A stretch of DNA of 64,000 nt from positions 64,001-128,000 of the forward strand of contig CAWEMM010000009.1 of assembly GCA_963810095.1 (NCBI GenBank), read 5' to 3'. Numbering within the stretch: the stretch's first letter is position 1; every line of letters starts with the position of its first letter. The DNA comes from an uncultured Chloroflexia bacterium (GTDB taxonomy: Bacteria; Chloroflexota; Anaerolineae; CG2-30-64-16). Below, piece after piece: positions 7,793 to 19,264 of this stretch. A model generated the notes under the pieces. The model did not search any database. It was given only the letters and a program-made list of their open reading frames with translations, and had not been told where the DNA came from. Both the position numbers and the translations under genes were made by a program.

Positions 7793-10283
7793 ATGTCTGA
7801 CAACCAGCCAACCCAGGCCCCCGGCCACCCCGGCATCGAGGCCCGCTGGACCTCCAGTGCCAAGACGGGCGTTGGCACCGCGCTGGGCAACGCATCTCGC
7901 ATCTGGTTCACGCTCGGCCACGGCATCATCGACGAGGTCTATTACAGCCGCATCGACTGGGCCTGCACGCGCGACATGGGGCTGCTCGTTTCGGACGGCC
8001 AAGGCTGGGTGTCCGAAGAGAAGCGGCACGCGAAGCACGAGGTCGCGTACCCCTACGCCGGCATCCCCTATTACCGGCTCACCAATACCGACCAGGGTGG
8101 CCGCTACCGGATCGAGAAGGAGATCCTGGCCGATCCGCAGCGCGACGTGATCCTGCAGCGCACGCGCTTCGTGCCGCTGCAGGGCAAGCTCGAGGACTAC
8201 CACCTGTACTTGATCCTTGCCCCGCACCTGGGCAACCAGGGCGCCGGCAACACGGCCTGGACTGGCGACACGAAGGGCGAGCAAATGCTGTTTGCAGAGC
8301 GTGACGGCACCTCGCTTGCGCTCGCCTCCTCCGCCCCCTGGCTGAGGCGCTCGGCCGGTTTCGTCGGCACGTCGGACGGATGGCAGGACATCACACAGCA
8401 CGGCGAGATGAAGTGGGAGTACGCCCGGGCCGACGACGGCAACGTTGCACTCACCGGCGAAATCGACCTCGGGGCCTGCGCCCTGGCCGGCAGCGGGGAG
8501 ACGGGTGGAGGGGTGGAGTTCACCCTTGCGCTCGGCCTGAGCCGCACCGCGCTTGAGGCCGGTCACCACGCGCGCACCGCGCTCTTCGACGGCTTTGACC
8601 GCGCTCGCGATGTCTATGTCGGGCAGTGGCAGCGCTGGCAGGACGGCCTGCTTGCGCTGGAGGACGAGGAAGTCAGAGACGCTACCTCGGGACACGCGCA
8701 GCCCGAGCTTCCTCCAATCGACGAGTTCCGCACCAGCGCGATGGTGCTGCGCGTGCACGAGGACAAGGTCTTTGCGGGCGGCATGATCGCCAGCCTTTCG
8801 ATCCCGTGGGGGTACGCGAAGGGCGACGACGACCTCGGCGGCTACCACCTGGTGTGGACGCGCGACCTGGTGGAGAGCGTCGGCGGGTTGATTGCCGCGG
8901 GCGCGCATGGCGATGCCGCACGTGTGCTGCGCTACCTGCAGGCCACGCAGGAGGCGGACGGCCACTGGCCGCAGAACATGTGGCTCGACGGCACACCCTA
9001 CTGGCATGGCATCCAGATGGACGAGACCGCGTTCCCCATCCTGCTGACGGAGACTGCCTACCGCCTGGGCGTGCTGGACGAGGCGCTGCTCGACAGCTTC
9101 TGGCCGATGGTGCACACGGCCGCGGCGTACGTCGCAGCGAACGGGCCGGTCAGCAAGGAGGACCGCTGGGAGGAGAACGCCGGCTACTCGCCCTTCACGC
9201 TGGCCGTCGAGATCGCGGGCCTGTTGGCTGCCGCCTCACTGGCCGAGACGACCGGTAAGTCGACCGCCGCGCAGTACCTGCGGGAGACGGCGGACAACTG
9301 GAATGCCAACATCGAGCGCTGGACCTACGTGACGGGGACCGCACTGGCGGAGAAGCACGGGGTGGAGGGATATTACGTCCGCATCGCGCCGCCGGATGTG
9401 GGCGAAGGGGCGTCGCTGAAGGACGGTTACGTGCCGATCAAGAACCGGCCGCCGGGGGAGAGCAAGGTGCGGGCCGTGCAGATCGTTAGCCCCGACGCGC
9501 TTGCACTCGTGCGCTTCGGCCTGCGCCGCGCCCGACGACCCGCGCATTCTGAACACGGTCAAGTTGATCGACGCGACGCTCAAGACCGACACGCCGTTCG
9601 GGCCGGTATGGCACCGGTACACAGGCGATGGCTACGGCGACCACGGGGACGGCGGGCCGTTCGACGGCACGGGTGTGGGCCGAGGCTGGCCGCTGCTGGT
9701 GGGCGAGCGCGCGCACTATGAGCTGGCAGCCGGGCGCTTCGACGAGGCGGAGCGGCTGATGCGCGTGATGGAAGCGCTGGCGAACGAGGGCGGCATGATC
9801 CCCGAGCAGACCTGGGACGCGGCCGACATCCCCGAGGAAGAGCTGTTCTTCGGCAAGCCGGCGGGAAGCGCTATGCCGCTCGTGTGGGCGCACGCCGAGT
9901 ACCTCAAGCTGCGGCGTTCGCTCCGCGAGCGTCGAGTCATCGACATGCCGCCCCAGCCCGCCAACCGCTACCTCACCGGCGACGACCGGCATACGGGCAC
10001 GCCCTTCACCCTCTGGCGCTTCAACCATCGCTCGCGCGTCCTTCAGCAGGGCAACCTCCTGCGGGTCGAGACACGGTCGCCCGCGCTGGTTCACTGGAGC
10101 GTGGATGGCTGGCAGAACGTGCAGGAGTGCGCGACGACGGACACGCAAGTGGGGATGCACGTGGCGGACCTGCCGACGCAGGAGCTTGAAGAGGGGGCGC
10201 AGGTGACTTTTACCTTCCGCTGGCCGGCCGAAGGCGACCGGTGGGAGGGGACGAACTATGAGGTGCGGGTCGTTAAGGCCTGA
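7793..10283 (+). CDS. Glucoamylase/glucodextranase, GH15 (frameshift near 9528)
   Basis: APGHPGIEARWTSSAKTGVG, GGYHLVWTRD, QMDETAFP, DRWEE, GRGWPLLVGER, SAMPLVWAHAEY. Confidence 0.9.
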
Positions 10284-10356
10284 GTGATTCTACAAAGCCT
10301 GGCAGGTCTTGGCCGTGTCGAGCGCCGGAGGGGCAGCCACCCCGTGCAGGTAATGA

Positions 10357-12025
10357 TCATGCACGCGTGCCGAACCGGGTCGAGCCGGTGCCGGCGCTCA
10401 ACTCCCCCGCCGGCGCCGCCCGCTTCAGCCAATCCGCCGTCCGGGCAGCGATGGCCGAGATCGTCAGCGCCGGGTTCGCCGACCCCTGCGTGGGCAGCAC
10501 GCTACCGTCGCATACCAGCAGGTTCGGCACGTCCCACGAGCGGCACCACTGGTCCACGACTGAGTCCTGCGGCGTGAAGCCCATGCGGGCGGTCCCCACC
10601 AGGTGCGCGTAGCGCCGCACGTAGTGCGTCTCGGTCGCGCCCGCAGCCCTCAGCACGTTTTCCGCCGTCTTGATCCCCGCCCTCATCATGCGCTTGTCGT
10701 TCTCGAATAGATTGAAGTGGACATAAGGTGCGGGTAGCCCGTACTGGTCCTTGGCCGTCGGGTGTAGGGACACGAAATTCCGCTCGTCCGGCAGGATCTC
10801 GCCCAGCACGCCGATCGCCGCATAGTGGTTGTACTGCTGCATCGCCCCGACCAGCTCCGCGCCGAACCTTCCCGTCCTCGTCGGCCAGGAGGTGCGCCAT
10901 CGCGATCGGCAGGGGCGCGACCGTCTGCAGCGCATACCCGCGCACGAAGTCGTTGTGAGGATCAGTCTCGTAGAAGGCCTCGCTGCACGCGCAGGCCGGC
11001 GGCGCCTTGTACTGGCGGATCATGCCGGGGAAGTTGCCCCACACCACCGGTCCGGCCTGCGACATCAGGTTCTTGCCCACCAGCCCGCTCGAGTTCGCAA
11101 GGCCATCGGGGAAGAGGCTCGACTTCGAGTTGAGCAGCAGCCGCGGGGTCTCGATCGCGTAGCCTGCAACGATGACGGCTTGTGCGCGCTGGAACTCTGG
11201 GACAGGCTTGCCGTGCTCGTCGTTGCGGAAGTAGTGCACGCCCGTCGCGCGGCCCTGCTCGTCCACCGCCACCTCGTACGCCATGCAGCCCGTCCGGATC
11301 TCCGCGCCCGCTTCGACTGCAAACGGGATGTGACTCACGAGGATGCTGCTCTTCGCGCCCACCTTGCACCCCAGGAGGCAGAAGCCCCGCATGATGCAGT
11401 GCGGCCGTTTCCCCTCGCGGCCCGCCGGGATGCCCACCGGCCCGCCCGCGACCACCGGGATGCCCAGCTTCGTGCACCCCTCGACCAGCATCAGCCCGGC
11501 GGTACCCGCCTGCAGCGGTGCGTAGGGGTAGCCGTGCGGCTTGCCCCAGGGGTAGTGCCTGGGTCCCGACACCGGGTACTCGCGCTCCATCCGCTCGTAG
11601 TACGGCTCCAGATCCTCGTAGGAGATCGGCCAGTCCACCGCAACGCCGTCGTTCGTCCGCACACGGAAGTCGGACGGGTGAAAGCGCGGGCAGAATGCGG
11701 CGTAGTGGACGGTGCTCCCGCCCACCCCCCGGCCCGAGTTGTTCGCGCCCAGCTCCAGCGGCTCGGTCCCGCCCGTGATCCGCAGGTCGTTCCAGTACAG
11801 CCGGGACGACCCCGCCTCGTCCGACACCATGTCCTTCTCCGAGTCGTGCCAGTCGCCCGCCTCCAGTGCGACCACGGTGAAGCCGTACTTCGCCAGCCGC
11901 TGGGCCAGCACCCCGCCGCCGGCGCCTGTCCCCACGATGCAAAAATCCACCGTCTCGGACGGCTCGAACTCCCGCATATCCGTGTCAAGGACCCAGTTGG
12001 ACGAAAGATGCACGTGTAGCTTCAT
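10357..12025 (-). CDS. GMC flavoprotein oxidoreductase, gluconate 2-dehydrogenase alpha-like (frameshift near 10870)
   Basis: VGTGAGGG, GRGVGGSTVHY, CIMRGFCLLGC, HLVGTARMG, SANPALTI. Confidence 0.9.
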
Positions 12026-12631
12026 GGTTTTTCACCCACCTCGCGCGGCTCCCACGGCTCCGGCGCGCCGTCGCTGAGGGCGTAGTACCCGCGCGGGTAC
12101 GCCGGCCCGCCGAACCCGATCTCGTCCCAGGCATACGGGTGGGCGTAGTAGACGCCCGCAATCTGCCGGAGCGCCACATAGATCCACCAGCGTCGCGCGG
12201 GCATCTGCTGCCACACGTCGCCTGGTGGTTCCCCGCGGCGCACGGCCTGCAGCACCTCGTCCTGCTGCCGGTCGTCCAGGTCCGCGAATTGCTTGCCGAA
12301 AAGGAACAGCGCCGTCTCGTCCAGGCCCGCCAGTCCCAGGTCCCACGCCTCCTTGTTCGCCGGCATGTCGTCGAACTGGAACCCCTCGGGCGAGACCGTG
12401 CCGTAGCGTTGGTCGATCCAGGGCGCGATGGGGACGCGGCGGTCCGCCGGCTTGTCCGCCTGCGGGATCACGCGCTCGCACAGCGCCTCCAGCGTCCGGC
12501 GCGGCGTGCTTCGCAAAGTGCTTGAACTCCGGCACGTTGTGCACCCGGTCGAGCACGACCTCGCGCGTCGCATCGTCCCAGTGTCCGCGCTGGGCGAGGA
12601 TGTCTGCATCAGGGTAAAGGTCGCGTCTCAC
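12022..12631 (-). CDS. Gluconate 2-dehydrogenase subunit 3 family protein (frameshift near 12510)
   Basis: HWDDATREVV, LEALCERVIPQ, YYAHPYAWDEIGFGGPAYPRGY. Confidence 0.85.
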
Positions 12632-12643
12632 ACGTTCCTCCGC

Positions 12644-13615
12644 CTACCGTTTCCGCCGCCCCAGGAGCGACGCGATGATCCCCAGGAGGCCGGTGGCGCA
12701 GAAGAGCAGCGGCGCGAAAAGCGGTGGGCCGTAGGTCACGTTGAAAGAGACATTGTTCATGCTGCCCGGCATTCGGAACAGGCCGCGCAGGTGCAGGAAG
12801 AAGCCGAGCGCGCCGTCGGCGAACACCGCGAGCGACGCCCACGGCAGGACGCGCCGCGCGATCCGCTCGCTCGGCACCGACGCGATGGCCGCGGCTATCA
12901 TCGGCGGGGTCAGCAGCACCGGCGTCCACATGGCCGGCGAGTTGTAGCTGCCGCGCAAGTGCTCGAAATACGCTTCGCCCCCTGCCAGCGCCGCCAGCGT
13001 CGCCGTCGCCGCAGCCATGATCTTCTGGAATCGCCCGTGGCTCACCGCGAACTCGATCGTAGCCAGGGGGTCGGACGGTCGCAGGGCCGGCAGCAGCACC
13101 GAGCCGACCGCCTCCGCCTCCACCGCCGCCTTGTCCAGCGTCTCGCGGCGCAGCATGCTGGCGAGCAGCCCGAGCAGCCCTGTGATCCCCATGAGCAAGG
13201 GCGCGAACACGGGCGGCCCCATGACGATGTTGTATGGGGCAAGATTGCCCGCGCCCAGCTTGAACCCACCCGGCCGCCGCCCAATGCCCCGCAGGTGGAA
13301 AACAAAGCCGACGAGCCCGTCGAGCAGGGAGGCGATTGCGCTGACCGGAAGCAGCCGGTGCGCCGCGGTCTCGCTCAGCAGCGCGGCGGCGGCCGACACG
13401 ACAACCGGGGGCGTCAGCCATACGGGCGTCCACATCAGGGCTCCACCGAGCGGCCCCTGCCGGAATGCGCCGCGCCGGTGCTGAGTGTACGCTTCGAACC
13501 CGCTGACGATGGCCGCAAAGGTGGTGATAATCGCCATGCTTCGCTGGAAGCGGCCCTCGCGGATCTCGCTGCGCGCGAGGGCCAATTCGTCGGTGACGTG
13601 CTCAGGCCTGTTCAT
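12644..13615 (-). CDS. Internally duplicated multi-TM membrane protein
   Basis: Two repeats of GRFQ..EAY..HxRG..MWTPV.LTPP..FHLRG/LHLRG..GPP.FAPLL; GGAG RBS. Confidence 0.75.
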   Translation of the reverse strand: MNRPEHVTDELALARSEIREGRFQRSMAIITTFAAIVSGFEAYTQHRRGAFRQGPLGGALMWTPVWLTPPVVVSAAAALLSETAAHRLLPVSAIASLLDGLVGFVFHLRGIGRRPGGFKLGAGNLAPYNIVMGPPVFAPLLMGITGLLGLLASMLRRETLDKAAVEAEAVGSVLLPALRPSDPLATIEFAVSHGRFQKIMAAATATLAALAGGEAYFEHLRGSYNSPAMWTPVLLTPPMIAAAIASVPSERIARRVLPWASLAVFADGALGFFLHLRGLFRMPGSMNNVSFNVTYGPPLFAPLLFCATGLLGIIASLLGRRKR

Positions 13616-13721
13616 GCTCCGATGCCACCGCAAAGGTCACGCCAAGGGCATGAAGACATAATGTGCACCGTAAACCCCGTGCACGGGGCATCCGCCCGTT
13701 CTTTGTGCCTTTGTGTTGCCG

Positions 13722-13919
13722 TCATCGCGCTGCCACCGTCGAAATGTGCTGATGCCTCTCCGCCCCGATGGCCCCTCGGGCAGGGCTGTTCTTCCCTCCG
13801 CGCAACCTTCGTTGCGCCTCCGAGGCCGTGCGTCCACCCATCAGGATCACCATCCCGATGGCGATGACGATGCCCAGCAGCAACATCCCGGACTCCAACC
13901 AAGATTCCTGGCTCTTCAC
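13722..13919 (-). CDS. Small single-TM hypothetical protein
   Basis: GTGA overlap with the enolase-family stop; hydrophobic segment MLLLGIVIAIGMVILM. Confidence 0.4.
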   Translation of the reverse strand: MKSQESWLESGMLLLGIVIAIGMVILMGGRTASEAQRRLRGGKNSPARGAIGAERHQHISTVAAR

Positions 13920-15026
13920 AGGCCTACCCTCCACGCTTCCGCGTCCTGTCGCTTTATTTCGATGCCCAGCCCCGGGCGCGAACGGTCTGGGTGGAGGCTT
14001 CCCTCGATGGGCGTGAGAGCGCCGTCGAACAGCATCTGCTCGATGCGCGCATGGTCGTAGAAATACTCAACATGGCACGCGGGGTGCAGTGCGCAGCAGG
14101 GGTGCGCGTGCAGTGTCGGCGCGCGAGTGCGCCGAGAGCGGCAGCAGGTGAGCCTGGCACAGCGCGGCAACCTTGAGGAAGCCTGTGATCCCCGCGCAGC
14201 GCGTCGCGTCGGCTTGCAGCACGTCGACCGCCCCGGCATCGAGCATCTGTCGGAAGTAGGGCACGGTGTACCCGTACTCGCCGGCCGCGATGTCCATCCC
14301 CGCCGGCGCCCGGTCGCGCAGCAGACGCAGCCCGTCCAGATCATCTGACGGCACCGGCTCCTCGAACCACGTGACGCCAAGGCCGGCGAACTGCTCCGCG
14401 AACGCCAGCGCCTGCTTGCGCGTGTACGCACCGTTCGCATCCACGAACAGCTCGACGTGATTTTCCACCGCGCTCCTTGCCGCCCGCACGCGCTCCAGGT
14501 CTTGCTCGGGATGCGTGCCGATTTTCATCTTCATGCGGGTGATGCCCCGCGTGGCCCAGCCGCGGAACTGGTCCTGCAGACGCTGGTCGCTGTAGGTGGT
14601 GAAGCCGCCGCTGCCATACACCGGCACCGCGTCCCGCACCGCGCCGAGCAGATCGACGACCGCCACGCCGAGCAGCTTCCCCTTGAGGTCCCACAGCGCG
14701 TTGTCGACCGCCGAAATCGCCATGGCCGCGACTCCCGGCTGCCCCACGTTGCGCACCTTCCCCTGCATATCCCACCACATGCCTTCGATTGCGAGCGCGT
14801 CGCACCCCTCGATGGTGGGCGCAAGAAACTCGCGAATCAGGCGGCCGGTCGCCGGGTCCGCGTAGCTATAGCCAACCCCGGTCTCGCCGCCCGCGCGCAC
14901 CTCGACGACGACGATCGTCGTCTCATGCCACGCGTACGTGCCGTCCGCCTCCGGGCCATCCGTAGGGATGGTGTAAGCGGACACGTCGAGGCCTTCTACA
15001 TGCGCCTTGCTTCCTAATCGGTACAT
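13916..15026 (-). CDS. Mandelate racemase/muconate lactonizing enzyme (enolase superfamily) protein (frameshift near 14125)
   Basis: SAVDNALWDLKGK, YGSGGFT, KMKIG, VDANG, WFEEPV, AAGEY, HVEYFYDH. Confidence 0.88.
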
Positions 15027-15079
15027 CCTGGTTAACCCCGGACCTGGCAGGTGCTCAAAAACCTGTCAGGTCTCGCTCC

Positions 15080-16829
15080 CTAGATCAATTCCCGCACCTT
15101 GTCCGACAGCGCGGTCAGCGCGATCTTGCCTCGGTTCGGCTCACCCTTCATCAGTGACTCCGCGAAATGGAGCGCCTGCTCCCGCGTCACCTTGGGCGGC
15201 ATGGGCGGCTCGAACGGGTCTACCACGGCCTCGACCACGACTGGCCCGGGGGTGTTCAGGGACTCGGCCATCTGGTCGCCGCACTTCGCCGGATCCTCAA
15301 TGGTGAACCCGGTCCCGCCGCACGCCCGCGCAAACGCCGCAAAATCGATCGGTGTGAGCGAGACGCCGTACTCCGGGTTGCCCAGGAAGACCATCTGCTC
15401 CCACTTAATCTGTCCGAGTGTGTTGTTCTTGATGATTACGATCTTGACCGGCAGGTTGTACTTCACAGCGGTGGCGAAGTCGGCCATGAGCATCGAGAAG
15501 CCGCCGTCGCCTACCAGGGCAACCACCTGCCGGTTCGGGTAGGCGACCTGCGCGCCGATCGCGTAGGGCAGGCCGTTCGCCATCGTCGCCAGGTTGCCCG
15601 AGAGGGAGAACATCTGCCCGCGGCGCATGTCGATGTAGCGGGCGGCCCAGGTCGCAATGGTGCCGCTGTCCGCGAAGACAATCGCATCGTCGCGCAGCCG
15701 CACGCCCAATTCGTGCGCCACGACCTGCGGCTTCATCGGCATGTCCTGCCGCGTTGCGCTGCGCCATCATCGTCTGCCGCCAGTCCTGCATGCCGGCCTG
15801 CGCCTTTTCGAGGAACTTGCGCTCCTCGTGCCGGGTCAGCATGGGCAGCAGTGCGTCGAGCGTGCACGCCGTGTCGCCCACCAGCCCGACTTCGATGGGG
15901 TAGCGCAGGCCGATGCGCGCCGGGTCCACGTCGATCTGGACCGCCCGGGCCGCGCCGGGTTTCGGATAGAACTCGATGTAGGGGAAAGATGTGCCCGCGA
16001 TCAGGAGCGTGTCGCACCCTTCCAGCGCGTCCTGCGACGGCTCGGTGCCGAGCAGGCCAATCCCCCCGGTGGTGTATGGGCTGTCGTCGGGTACGCACGC
16101 CTTGCCCAGCAGCGGCTTGATGATCGGCGCGCCCAGCAGTTCCGCGGCCTTCTCAAGCTGGTCGCCGGCGCCCAGCGCGCCCCGCCCGGCCAGGATCGCG
16201 ACTTTCTTGCCCCCGTTCAGAATTTCTGCTGCCTTGCGCAAGTCGTCCTCGCGCGGCAGCGCGGCGCTCACCGCCCACACGTCAGACGCATGGCCCGGGA
16301 CGTTGCGCGGGGTGTGCTCGCCGATCTCTTCGTCCTGCGTGTCCGACGGGATCGTGATATGGCTCACCCCCCGGTGCTTCAACGCCAGGCGGATCGCCAG
16401 GTCGGTGCTCGGCTGCACGTGGCCCGGGCTCATGATGCGCTGGCTGTACACCGCCACGTCCATGAACACCTTGTCGAGCTCGACGTCTTGCTGCTGCCGC
16501 GTATTGATCAGGTCGTGGTACGCCAGCCCGGTGATGGCGAGCACGGGCTGCCCGTCCAGCTTCGCGTCGTACAGCCCGTTCAGCAAGTGGATGCCGCCCG
16601 GTCCGGAGGTGGCGAGGCACACGCCCAGCTTGCCGGTCACCTTGGCATAGGCACAGGCCATGAACGCGGCGGCTTCCTCGTGGCGGACGTGGACGAACCG
16701 CACGTCGTCCTGGCGCTTGCGCAAGGCCTCCATGATGCCGTTGATCCCGTCGCCCGGCAGCCCAAACACCACGTCCACGCCCCAGTCTTGTAGCGTGTCG
16801 ATCAAAGCATCTGCTGCAGTCTTTGTCAT
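15080..16829 (-). CDS. TPP-dependent pyruvate oxidase/dehydrogenase, PoxB-like (frameshift near 15750)
   Basis: FGLPGDGING, VRHEEAAAFMA, TSGPGGIHLLNGLYDA, GDGGFSM..N. Confidence 0.88.
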
Positions 16830-17280
16830 CGTCCGCTCCTTCAAGACACTTTGCGCATTTTCGAAGCGCGTTCTTGATCTTGTGTCGATCATAGTCCCGC
16901 GCGACGTCGATCTTCCGGAGCATGGCTTCCCAAGGCAGCCGGAGCTGCATTAATACTCGATTAGAAGTTGTGATAAGACAGCTTGCGTTGCGCGGACGTG
17001 GCCGGCCGGCAGCGTCGCCGGCGATAGGAGAGAGTGTGAAGCATGTGGACGATCACTCGCACACAGAGCCGCCGCGCTTCTAGCAATACCCGTACTGGTC
17101 TTTGACGCGAAGCACCAGGGGCGCGTGAGGCTGTAGTGGTACGGGTTCCTGTGTGCCGAGGCGCTTCTGGGCAGTTGCCGTGTTTGCATCGGCGCCCCTG
17201 GCTCAGCTTGTGACACGATCGGGGGACAATGCGTCTCTTCCGGGCTCCTGCTCCTTTGCCGGCAACGTCCGCACGCGCCG

Positions 17281-17310
17281 AGCGGGAGCCTCTCTAAAGG
17301 GGCTCCCGCT
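17281..17310 (-). terminator. Hairpin downstream of the DUF5666 gene
   Basis: AGCGGGAGCC/GGCTCCCGCT 10-bp stem; no U-tract. Confidence 0.5.
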
Positions 17311-17354
17311 CGCCTCCATGCTTCCCTCGGGCTTCGGTGCAGCGCCCTGTCAGG

Positions 17355-18368
17355 CTACCCGTTGCCGCGGCCGTTACCGTTGCCATTGCCGCGGCCGTTG
17401 CCGTTGCCGCGACCGTTCCCATTTCCGTTATCGTTACCGTTGCCGCGACCGTTCCCATTTCCGTTATCGTTACCGTTGCCGCGACCCTTGCCATTTCCGT
17501 TATTCTTGTCCTGGGCATTGCCGTTGCCCGCGCCGTCATTCTGCCCGATGCGCAGGCCGGGGAGGCAGCGATTGTTGCCCGCCGGCCTGACCCAGATCTG
17601 CTCGGCGTTCATGGAGCCGTCAGCCAGGAGGGCGCCGCGCACGAAGACGAACCGGCCGAGATCGAAGTTATTCTCCTCGGCCCGTACGAGCGTCCTGTCG
17701 CCCACGCGCACGATGCGATTGCTCACCCGCCAGTCACCAACGATGCCCTGCTGCGGCAGCTGGTCGAGCAGCCCGCAGTAGACGTACCGGCCGGGCGTCC
17801 CGCTGCCGGAGGCGGTGTTTGCGCCTGGCGCCTGCGCGGTCGCCGCGGTCGTGCTGGTTACGGCCGGGGTTCCGGCATCTGCTGCCACCGGCTGGTCGAC
17901 GAGGACCTGGCTCGCGCCTGAGCCGGCATCGTCCACCCGCACCCAGGCGGCGTCGATCCCACCGTCACTCCGCGCCGCTCCGCCGACCGTAACGTGCGTT
18001 CCCAGGGCAGGGCGGGCGACGGCATCATTGACGGTGGTAGCGGAAGTGACATGAACCGCTCGATCCCCCACTTGCCAGACGCTTTCGCCGCCGTTGGTGA
18101 CCATCTGCGTGATCTGCCCCCCGAACAATGGGGGCGCAGCAACGTCGCCGCCGGACGCGTTCCCGCTAGAGCCGCTTGCAAGGGCGAGCGGGGCCGCGGG
18201 CGTGATCTGCCCGGCGAGCACGAGACCTTGGGCATCTGTCACGCTGCCTGCCTGGCCGGTCCCGGCACAGGCCGCAAGCAGCAGCGCGGCGCCCAACGCG
18301 ACCAGCAACAAGAGTCTCGGGATAAGGCGCCGGCGTGCGGCGCCCGTAGTATCTGGATATCCTTGCAT
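17355..18368 (-). CDS. DUF5666-domain lipoprotein with Gly/Asn-rich tail
   Basis: Lipobox LAAC; two W.V..R.V.V...T...G..V.V.G....DG...A..(V/I) modules; GNGNGR repeats at the C-terminus. Confidence 0.7.
   Translation of the reverse strand: MQGYPDTTGAARRRLIPRLLLLVALGAALLLAACAGTGQAGSVTDAQGLVLAGQITPAAPLALASGSSGNASGGDVAAPPLFGGQITQMVTNGGESVWQVGDRAVHVTSATTVNDAVARPALGTHVTVGGAARSDGGIDAAWVRVDDAGSGASQVLVDQPVAADAGTPAVTSTTAATAQAPGANTASGSGTPGRYVYCGLLDQLPQQGIVGDWRVSNRIVRVGDRTLVRAEENNFDLGRFVFVRGALLADGSMNAEQIWVRPAGNNRCLPGLRIGQNDGAGNGNAQDKNNGNGKGRGNGNDNGNGNGRGNGNDNGNGNGRGNGNGRGNGNGNGRGNG
17401..17503. repeat. Coding 36-bp tandem repeat (about 2.9 copies)
   Basis: CCGTTGCCGCGACCGTTCCCATTTCCGTTATCGTTA at 17401 and 17437, imperfect copy at 17473. 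Confidence 0.9.
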
Positions 18369-18617
18369 CACAAGCCACCTCACAAACTGGTTTCTTTGAA
18401 TAACGTTGCGGCGGCACCTTTAGCTCCCGAGCTGCTCCGCGTCACGCATCGCGCCGGCTTGTGATCGCCCTGTGACCGAATCCGGCGAAGTCTTCGCCGC
18501 CGGGCCATGGAATCTTGCCATGGAGGCGGAGACGTAGCCTTGCACGGACTTGCCGGCGTAGAGTACGGTTGTACGGCCGGCTACTGGTATCCACGGCCCC
18601 GGGCAGGGTGCGGACGC

Positions 18618-18971
18618 CTACCCCATCTCGCCGCCGACACGGCCCGGACGCGTGCCCGCCACTCCGTGCATGAAGCCCACAAACACCAACTCCTGGTCCA
18701 GCGCGCGCACCGTGTGACACTCGCCCACGTCGAAGACCAGGAGTGCCCCCGGACCGACTTCCTTCTCGATGCCATCGGCGCCGGCGAACGCACCGCGTCC
18801 CTGGAGCACCACCGCATAGAACGGTGAATGCTCTGCCTCGTGTTCGCGGATCTGTTGCCCCGGCTTCAACGCGAAGCGCAAGACCCGCCCGTGCTCGTCC
18901 ACGAAGAGTGGCTGCGCATAGGCGCTGGCCTCGTGGAATTGAAGACCCTCCAGCAAGTTTGTCGTTCTCAT
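18618..18971 (-). CDS. Cupin domain protein
   Basis: GGAGGG RBS; FALKPGQQIREH, VVLQGRG, FDVGECHTVRA. Confidence 0.8.
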   Translation of the reverse strand: MRTTNLLEGLQFHEASAYAQPLFVDEHGRVLRFALKPGQQIREHEAEHSPFYAVVLQGRGAFAGADGIEKEVGPGALLVFDVGECHTVRALDQELVFVGFMHGVAGTRPGRVGGEMG

Positions 18972-19171
18972 TGTTCCCTCCCAATGTCGGCTTTCCCGGA
19001 AAGGTCATCATACGTCTGCGCGCAGCCGTTGTCATCGTACAAATGCCGTCTCTTGTGCATAAAAAATAGCAGACACGCGAGTGGTATCCACTTCCATTGT
19101 CGTCGCCATGGAGTACTGGTAAGACAGAATGGAGATGGACCTATCGAGACATGAAGTGTGCCTTAAGTCGC

Positions 19172-19213
19172 CCATAACGCTTGCCATAACGGTCGAATAA
19201 CGGCCGGTATGAT
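19172..19213 (+). promoter_or_regulatory. Three ATAACG direct repeats plus a TATGAT -10 box (SARP/OmpR-type activator site)
   Basis: ATAACG at 19174, 19186 and 19197 (12 and 11 bp spacing); TATGAT at 19208-19213. Confidence 0.55.
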
Positions 19214-19264
19214 AGAGTCCGCTCCGAAAACATGTATCGAGCCAGCAGATCCAGGGAGGTTGAG

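Noticed and set aside
7751-9115. Long antisense ORFs (also 10829-12019, 12428-13867, 31741-33204, 33759-35573, 50411-51814)
   Set aside because: Shadow frames of high-GC genes with no recognisable motifs
9520-9535. Programmed ribosomal frameshift in GH15 and the other split genes
   Set aside because: No slippery heptamer or stimulator was noticed, and the window-wide indel density points to sequencing error
17401-17503. 36-bp direct repeats resembling a CRISPR array
   Set aside because: The copies are head-to-tail with no spacers, in frame within a Gly/Asn tail, and no cas genes are present
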